In this document: positions 6,769-12,894 of the stretch, in pieces
Layout: every line of letters begins with the position of its first letter
How positions within the stretch are numbered: the stretch's first letter is position 1
DNA from: Candidatus Heimdallarchaeota archaeon
GTDB taxonomy: Archaea > Asgardarchaeota > Heimdallarchaeia > Heimdallarchaeales > Heimdallarchaeaceae
Assembly: GCA_030668825.1 (NCBI GenBank)
Contig: DAOVET010000076.1
Coordinates: 1-12,894 of the forward strand
Direction of reading: 5' to 3'
Length of the DNA stretch: 12,894 nt
Position numbers and translations under genes: made by a program
The notes under the pieces: generated by a model
What the model was told of the DNA's origin: nothing
The model's database searches: none
What the model saw: only the letters and a program-made list of their open reading frames with translations

Positions 6769-8610
6769 ATGGCTAACGTCTACTATAGAACATTCATCAT
6801 ATTGGCAGTGATTAGTATCTCATCTCTTGGATATAATACTAATCATGGTCATCTCGGGTCAAGTCTGCTCGCCCACTCGTATAACTCATCACACACACAG
6901 GAAGGGGTGCTTTCACACCACTTAGGTGAGGACCTGGTCTTCAACTATACAGACTCTTTTACAGAAAGCACCTAAAAACTATCCTTAACAAGTCTAAAAT
7001 TAACATATCACAATGAACTTAACACAAGTTTCTTAGTTGAAGGTGATAGTTCTACTAGCTCTGGTATTTCTATAACCTTCAATTTCGACACAATAGCTGT
7101 TAATCTTACGGTTGAAAGGTATTTTCAAGATAACCAAGTTCACTCATTAACTCAAGGATTTTTTGTAGGTGAACCTATTGTAAAGGATTTCATTGTTAAT
7201 ATTACAATCTCAGGAGAAGCAGGATTTGGAAAAAGTGGTTCTATCACTGTGTATGCAACAAGTTTCATTTCCAACATTCCTATGATAGATCTTTCTGAGG
7301 AACAGAAAATGCTGTTTATAACTCCAGAAAATTTACTTTTTGAGGGAGAAACGTTTGGAACCAAAGAAGTCACTGTACTAACTGTTATTAGTAATTCATT
7401 CAATGATTCATATAATTTAGAACTAAACCTGGAATTTCTAGTTAATGATTTTCAATCTTTTACAAAAGAAGTTATTCTAACCACAAATTCTACTGAGCTT
7501 GCAAGGAGTAATTTCGCTGATAATCAATTGAATAATCTCGATTTTCAATTGGATATAGAGCAAGGTTATTTTCCATTATACATAACTTTTCACGTAGAAA
7601 TTAGTAGTGATTTAGTGGAAATTAGCGATATTCAACTATCAGCTAAAATTAATGAGATAACCACAAATAAGGATATTTTTTGTGAAGCTAACTGGATCGA
7701 TGGAATCGATGAGAACATAGATATTTCGTTCTTCAAACCACAGTCTGCTCTCTCAGAACAGATATTAAATATCTCATTCTTTTCCAGTTTCGAAGGAAGT
7801 ATTGTCTATTCAGGAATAGGCTTTGAAATAAAACAAGGAAGCACTTTGCTCGCTTATGGAACGATTTCAATCAATAAACAGAATGGAGAAATTCAACTCA
7901 TTATAATAGATACCTATACATTAAATTATCAAGATGACCTGTACATCAACTTTCAAGCGGATGTTTCAGGCTCAGGAACTATCAAAATCTACAGTTCAAC
8001 AACAATCGAAATAAGAGATATCCTTCATGTAGATACTGAAATTCATCAGATGCAGTTTGAGGAATCTCTTGTGTTCGAAACACCATCTTATGGATCGATT
8101 GCTCTATTGTTTTATGATGTTATATTTATCGAAAATGCTTCTGTTGAGTATAGAAATGATTTTCTCATGGAATTCTCTGTATCTGACTATAATTTTGATA
8201 GCTTAACTTTGACTTGTTATGTCAATGATATAGCTACTTATACGAAAACTTTCCGAAATCCAGGAGATGTTCATGTTTCAGAAGAAGTTACCTTTACAGA
8301 AGGAATTAATGAATTAAACTACATTCTAATTATTCTAGGTGGAGGATCGGAAATAACTATTGGAAATATGAGATATTCATTACAACAAATAACCGGATCC
8401 GAGAACGGTGTATTTCCTACAGGAGGTATAGATATTCCTTTCTTCCAATTGCCAAAGAACTTTTTTCTAGGGGTGTTTGTCCTGTTTGATTGTTGGTTAG
8501 TAATGGGAATAATGTTGAGAATTTATAAAGGTCGCAAATTGAGAAAGAGTAGACAAACAGAAAATGACGAGTTTATACTTGAAATTGCTCAGATGTCTCA
8601 AGATTACTAA
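6769..8610 (+). pseudogene. Large cell-surface glycoprotein (signal peptide, C-terminal TM anchor) interrupted by one in-frame TAA; pseudogene or sequence error
   Basis: Track ORFs 6769-6975 and 7249-8610 are in the same frame. After TAA 6973-6975 the frame stays open (KLSLTSLKLTYHNELNTSFLVEGDSS...GSITVYATSF), giving 614 codons in total. Signal peptide at the N-terminus, many N-x-S/T sequons, acidic beta-rich body, TM helix followed by RIYKGRKLRK. Confidence 0.8.
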
Positions 8611-8667
8611 AGAGCACATCAAAATTTTCATCCTTTTTATATGAAATTGATTATAATATTTATAGAC

Positions 8668-10134
8668 ATGGCGGTTAATACATTTGCATCCACTCTTTTA
8701 GGTAAACTAAAAAAGTTTGGAAAAAATCAGAAGGAATCAATCAAGGAAAACCTTTGTACTAAAGGTGAGTTACCTTTGTTAGTGCAGATTTTTGGAGCAG
8801 TTTTTCTTTGGTTTCTTCTATTCATAGTGTTCGTGACCATAATTACACCAACTCAAAGATGGATTGTAGCTTTGGTTGCTGTAATAGTAGCATCTGGCTT
8901 TGTTCAGGGTTTGAATTTCATTGGACGAAAACTGGTTCTTAAGGATTTCAGAGAAGAGGAATTTCCAGAAATTAATTCGCTTGACTTAACTGATAATTCA
9001 ATTTTAATAGGGGAGGAGTTTCAACAGGGTGGATTAGTATTATCTCAAAAAGTTAGAGGAAGATATCACCTCACACCTATAGTTGCTCTCAAAATTGATT
9101 CCATTTCTTCCTCAACATCTTCAATTTTCAGCTCGATATCCAACATTACTCTACAAAAATTAAGTCTAAAATATCATTGCAGCATTATTGACACTGCTAA
9201 ATATGAAATTCTTCTCCTGAAAGGACAACCAAAAAGCTCTAAGCACACTTCATTATTCATTACCCTTCAGATTTTAGAGGAGAGCTTTTTCCAGAAAGTA
9301 TTCGATATTTTGACAGAGTTTACAAGAGAAAAAAAGATTTCATTCGAGAAGCTTGATCAGAGTGTATTGAAAGAGATTTTTCCTCTATATGAAAACGTAC
9401 TTTATATTTCACAAAATAGAGAACAAATACAAACCGTTCCAGAATCAGCAGATATAATCGATAGTAATCCAGATGATCAAGATGATCGAGATGAAAGATT
9501 TGTGGAATTTCTAGTTAAAGAAAACAATAAAGACTCCACTGAAGAAACTGTAACTGTTAAAGAACAAAGTAATGTCATCATTCTAGACAAAGTTGATGAA
9601 AAGCAATTGATTGATTCGGAACAAGTGAATCAAGAATCAGATTCAAACCAAAAAGAGATGATCAAAAATATTCTTTTAGGTGAACTAAATTTTTCTATCG
9701 ACAGTTTTCTTTCAGCTGCTAGAGGTTATTACAAGAAGGCTATAGAAACAGCTCTAGAAACTAAATATAAAGCAAATACAGAACGTTTCTTGAAAACTGT
9801 TCATCTCTATTGCGAAAGAGAAAATATTCCTTTTTATTATCCATCATATTCTTATCTTCTCAAAATTGTTGAATTTCTAGATATAGAACTGCCATCATCA
9901 ACAGAAATTGAGAATTTCGTAGATAGATTATCTGAAGAATATACTTCAATCTCAATAGATGATGAGAACAAACAGAAATTAAGCACTTTTCTAGAGTCGA
10001 AATTCAAAGATTCACAAGATAATCCAAATGAATCAGTCAAGAATTTAGATGAAGCAGCGGATATCTCTTCAATTCCACAACCACCTGCAGCACGAAATAC
10101 CAAAAAGGAATTACTAATAGATGGAGGAGATTAA
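8668..10134 (+). CDS. Hypothetical protein with 2 N-terminal TM helices and a large acidic cytoplasmic region
   Basis: Long open frame with two hydrophobic segments near the N-terminus. ATG 8668 is preferred over 8641 because of the TATA-like TTTTATAT at 8635-8642 and the AGACATGGC context. Confidence 0.8.
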   Translation: MAVNTFASTLLGKLKKFGKNQKESIKENLCTKGELPLLVQIFGAVFLWFLLFIVFVTIITPTQRWIVALVAVIVASGFVQGLNFIGRKLVLKDFREEEFPEINSLDLTDNSILIGEEFQQGGLVLSQKVRGRYHLTPIVALKIDSISSSTSSIFSSISNITLQKLSLKYHCSIIDTAKYEILLLKGQPKSSKHTSLFITLQILEESFFQKVFDILTEFTREKKISFEKLDQSVLKEIFPLYENVLYISQNREQIQTVPESADIIDSNPDDQDDRDERFVEFLVKENNKDSTEETVTVKEQSNVIILDKVDEKQLIDSEQVNQESDSNQKEMIKNILLGELNFSIDSFLSAARGYYKKAIETALETKYKANTERFLKTVHLYCERENIPFYYPSYSYLLKIVEFLDIELPSSTEIENFVDRLSEEYTSISIDDENKQKLSTFLESKFKDSQDNPNESVKNLDEAADISSIPQPPAARNTKKELLIDGGD

Positions 10135-10791
10135 ATGATAGAGGATATATTCTTACTTGAGATTATCGAGTTTTACTTGAAATTCTGGTTAATTTCTCTC
10201 GCAATGAGATGGATGTTATCTTTTCTACCTGGGAGAATTTTCGATTTAATACGTTTCACAGGCAACTTAGCTAGATATCCAGTTAAACGCTTATTGTACC
10301 TTATCTATGGTGTTCAAATTCTTGAAACAGATTTTGAGAAATCATTATTCAAAACAGAGGAAGTTGATGATTTTGATTGCAGAATTACTTCAAATGTAAT
10401 CGCACCACTTCTCATATTGACTTATGTTGGTTCATTCATTCTGTACTGGGCAGATGTATTATATGACACAAAATACACATGGATAAGTATTATACTGTTT
10501 GTTCTAGGTTTCGCAATCATATTAATGTCAGCTCCAGATTTTCGTGAAGCTGAAGAATTACTCAAAACTAATCTAAAATCGATCTTCAAATGGTTCGCAA
10601 AACTAGTCTTTCTCGCACTTCCAACGTATTTCATTTTACACTACTTTGTCGGGATTGATGCTCTATCACAAGGAGTGTTCTTCATTCTACTATTAATCCC
10701 AGTCTATCATCATAGAAGAAAAAATGTTGGAGAAAAATGGGTTAAATCGAAAAAAGCAAAAGTTTTAGAGGTTGACCCTTTTGGAGAATGA
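10135..10791 (+). CDS. Multi-pass membrane protein, possibly a degenerate M50-like metalloprotease homolog
   Basis: GGAGG at 10123-10127; the ATG directly follows the upstream TAA. About 5 hydrophobic segments and an IAPL motif, but no HExxH. Confidence 0.75.
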   Translation: MIEDIFLLEIIEFYLKFWLISLAMRWMLSFLPGRIFDLIRFTGNLARYPVKRLLYLIYGVQILETDFEKSLFKTEEVDDFDCRITSNVIAPLLILTYVGSFILYWADVLYDTKYTWISIILFVLGFAIILMSAPDFREAEELLKTNLKSIFKWFAKLVFLALPTYFILHYFVGIDALSQGVFFILLLIPVYHHRRKNVGEKWVKSKKAKVLEVDPFGE

Positions 10792-11857
10792 ACATAAACT
10801 CAACGAAATTGTAGATGAACTTTTGAAAGATGTTGAATCTACATTAGGGGAATTAGAGAAAAACTTTAAGCTAAATCAAGTAAGTGAAATTCACACACAA
10901 GAACAAGTAGAGATAGAAGAGAAACACAAGTTTCCATATCCAAGTGTGAGATATCCAACCTCAGATCAGAATTTCAAAGATAACCAGCAATTAACCACTA
11001 ATAGAAATATGACAACTGTTGTTGACACCTCTAAAACAGATAAAGAGAAGATAGAGGAGAAAAACATCAAAGCTGATGATAAGATTGATATAAAAGATTA
11101 TGAAAAAACCCCAATTGTTCAAGACATACCATCTGTTCCAAAGGAAAGGATTAGCTCTGTTAAACATAGCATCATACAATATTCTGAATCATTGGCAACT
11201 GAGGAAAAACTAGATACAGAAGAACTGATGTCAGAAGAAGAGGCATATTATCTTGATATAAAGAGAGAAATAAGGCTAGTACACATTTTTGGACCTCCTG
11301 GTTCAGGCAAAACAACTATTGGAATTCAAGCGTCTATTGAAATAGTTCCGAGAAAAACATATTATTTTATTACTAGTCATGGAACATCAGTCCTTAAACG
11401 AGTAAAACAGATGATATCTGACGAACGATGGTCAGATTTTACGGGAGTAAAACAGAGTTTCTTCCCTATAGAAATCACAAATTTAGACGAGTTAGAAATC
11501 CAACTAGACAAAATAGCAACACTTCATCCAGAAGAGTTAGGGATGATAGTTATTGATCATATAACAGATTATTGTAGGGGGCAGATATACCAAGAAGAAA
11601 AACGAATACAACTACGAAATATTTTAGAGAAACTCTACCTTCTAGCTGACGAGAAAAAATGTAAAGTATTGCTAATTAATGGTTTTTCTTACAAGGATTC
11701 AGCACCTGCAGAGGATATAATTGAATCATTCTGTGATATGACAATTAAAATGAAAATAGAAGATTTTAAATCGAAACTACTGTTTCAAGAAGAAGAGATT
11801 GAATTAGCAGTCGACAATTCAGGGATTTCAAATCTTCATCTGAATATCTACTACTAA
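10772..11857 (+). CDS. RecA-superfamily (RadB-like) P-loop ATPase with long acidic N-terminal extension
   Basis: Walker A in LVHIFGPPGSGKTT (GPPGSGKTT at 11291-11317), Walker B MIVID (11543-11557), and RadB-like spacing of LYLLADEKKCKVLLIN. The start may be TTG 10781, downstream of GAGGT. Confidence 0.82.
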   Translation: MTLLENEHKLNEIVDELLKDVESTLGELEKNFKLNQVSEIHTQEQVEIEEKHKFPYPSVRYPTSDQNFKDNQQLTTNRNMTTVVDTSKTDKEKIEEKNIKADDKIDIKDYEKTPIVQDIPSVPKERISSVKHSIIQYSESLATEEKLDTEELMSEEEAYYLDIKREIRLVHIFGPPGSGKTTIGIQASIEIVPRKTYYFITSHGTSVLKRVKQMISDERWSDFTGVKQSFFPIEITNLDELEIQLDKIATLHPEELGMIVIDHITDYCRGQIYQEEKRIQLRNILEKLYLLADEKKCKVLLINGFSYKDSAPAEDIIESFCDMTIKMKIEDFKSKLLFQEEEIELAVDNSGISNLHLNIYY

Positions 11858-11912
11858 TAATCAACTTTCTTGTCCTTTTAAATGAATTAAAGAATATATT
11901 ATTAGAAAAGAC

Positions 11913-12407
11913 ATGGCTTTAACAACTGAACAAGATTTAGTTGATTCCTTAGCCACAAAGTGGTTATCAGAAAAAAAATTCGTTGTCACTGAACTAACTA
12001 TTCCTATTATTCATCAAATTTATTATGACGATTACTTGGAGGGAAGAGATTACGTCAGGATAGATTTAGCAGCTTTTGACCAAGTGACTGGGGAGGTTAT
12101 TTTTGTTGAAGCTGAAAATGGTTTGTATTTACAGCATCCTCAGATCTATCTTCCTTTTTGCCATTCTCTTTATATTCTCTGTCCAGAAGACCATTCTTCT
12201 TTCCGAGATGAACAAGTAGATTGGAGTAAAAGTCAAGGTATAGGTATTATTGAGAAGAATAAAAATGGAAAACTGATTTTTTCCTTAGATCCCAAATCTA
12301 GAAAAATTAATCCAGCAGTTGAAGCATTTGTAAAATCACGACTACTGAAAAAATTTGAGAAGGAGATGAAATCAAATGTCATCATTGATGTCAAAGAAAA
12401 AGCATAA
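11913..12407 (+). CDS. PD-(D/E)XK nuclease-fold protein
   Basis: N-terminal helix TEQDL, then TEL, RIDLAA, IFVEAE, QIYLPFCHSLYILCP and GIGII, a layout typical of small restriction-endonuclease-like proteins. Confidence 0.7.
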   Translation: MALTTEQDLVDSLATKWLSEKKFVVTELTIPIIHQIYYDDYLEGRDYVRIDLAAFDQVTGEVIFVEAENGLYLQHPQIYLPFCHSLYILCPEDHSSFRDEQVDWSKSQGIGIIEKNKNGKLIFSLDPKSRKINPAVEAFVKSRLLKKFEKEMKSNVIIDVKEKA

Positions 12408-12894
12408 AAAATTCTTAGGCTCGAACAAATCCATATATTCCATAAGAAAAGGGGGAAAAGTTACTCTCTACGCTGCATTCATAGTTAAACCACACAAAGA
12501 ATCAACTGAAGAAGCACCAGACAGGAGAAATTACTGGAGGAAAGACCAAGAATTAAATGAAAAACTTCCATCTGTTCTTTCTATATTAACTCAAGTTAAG
12601 AGATTAAAAACATCTCTTCATCGATTATTTCTTCCAGGGAATGTCAAACGCAAAAGTCAATCAATGAACGAAGTTAAGAAAACAGCTGATTCTTCGCTCC
12701 TTGATCAGCTCTTTGAAGAAAAAAACAAGAACATCAATGTTAAGCTATCGTTTTATCTTTTAAAAACATGGAAGCTGTATGATATTTCTGAATCGTTCCA
12801 GACAATAGAGGATTTAGTGGAAGATTTTGTCTATCTTTTAAGAAATGAATTAAAGCAGAAATTAGAAAGTGTTGGGAATGTTGGACGATTATTA
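12376..12894 (+). CDS. 3'-truncated hypothetical protein
   Basis: Not in the ORF track. ATG 12376 follows AGGAG (12361-12365) and the frame is open for 173 codons to the window end (MSSLMSKKKHKKFLGSNKSIYSIRKGGKVTLYAAFIVKP...ESVGNVGRLL). It overlaps the previous gene's end. Confidence 0.8.
   Translation, partial: MSSLMSKKKHKKFLGSNKSIYSIRKGGKVTLYAAFIVKPHKESTEEAPDRRNYWRKDQELNEKLPSVLSILTQVKRLKTSLHRLFLPGNVKRKSQSMNEVKKTADSSLLDQLFEEKNKNINVKLSFYLLKTWKLYDISESFQTIEDLVEDFVYLLRNELKQKLESVGNVGRLL

Noticed and set aside
6973-6975. Selenocysteine/pyrrolysine recoding or an alternative genetic code
   Set aside because: The codon is TAA, not TGA or TAG, and TAA acts as a normal stop for several genes in the window.
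4730-10791. Other YG dipeptides (KYG, SYG, RYG, IYGV) in downstream proteins as rSAM targets
   Set aside because: YG is common by chance. These sites lack the shared post-TM YGVxT[K/R]K context and are not coupled to the rSAM gene.
1328-11179. Short antisense or alternate-frame ORFs in the track (1328-1600, 1903-2226, 3643-3960, 4006-4194, 5266-5451, 5492-5698, 5756-5938, 7152-7403, 9852-10103, 10422-10634, 10991-11179)
   Set aside because: All overlap longer, well-supported genes and show no recognisable motifs; they are likely shadows.
1-12894. CRISPR array, tRNA/rRNA, transposase or integrase
   Set aside because: I saw no regularly spaced repeats, cloverleaf-compatible GC-rich segments or mobile-element motifs.

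Overview
This is an AT-rich, archaeal-looking window (TATA-box promoters, GGTGA/GGAGG ribosome-binding sites, oligo-T terminators). The gene style suggests an Asgard archaeon, but that is inference only. Left block (<1-3013): two small, apparently paralogous membrane proteins both carry a YGV[F/Y]T[K/R]K motif just after their last transmembrane (TM) helix. They are followed, with overlapping stop/start codons, by a radical SAM/SPASM enzyme whose motifs resemble the PlpX-type tyramine-excising spliceases, and then by a SAM methyltransferase-TPR fusion. This is the best candidate for an undescribed system: an archaeal backbone-modification locus acting on membrane proteins. Middle: an MFS transporter, a short structured intergenic element behind a TATA box, a secreted membrane-anchored protein with an apparently circularly permuted GOLD/p24-like domain, and a convergent multi-TM protein with a putative winged-helix region. 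Right block (6769->12894): a co-oriented cluster of a large surface glycoprotein split by one in-frame TAA, a 2-TM protein, a degenerate M50-like membrane protein, a RadB/RecA-like ATPase, a PD-(D/E)XK-like protein and a truncated ORF. Three of these genes share an identical start context and similar upstream elements. No rRNA, tRNA, CRISPR array or transposase was recognised. All family calls come from motif recognition, not database searches.
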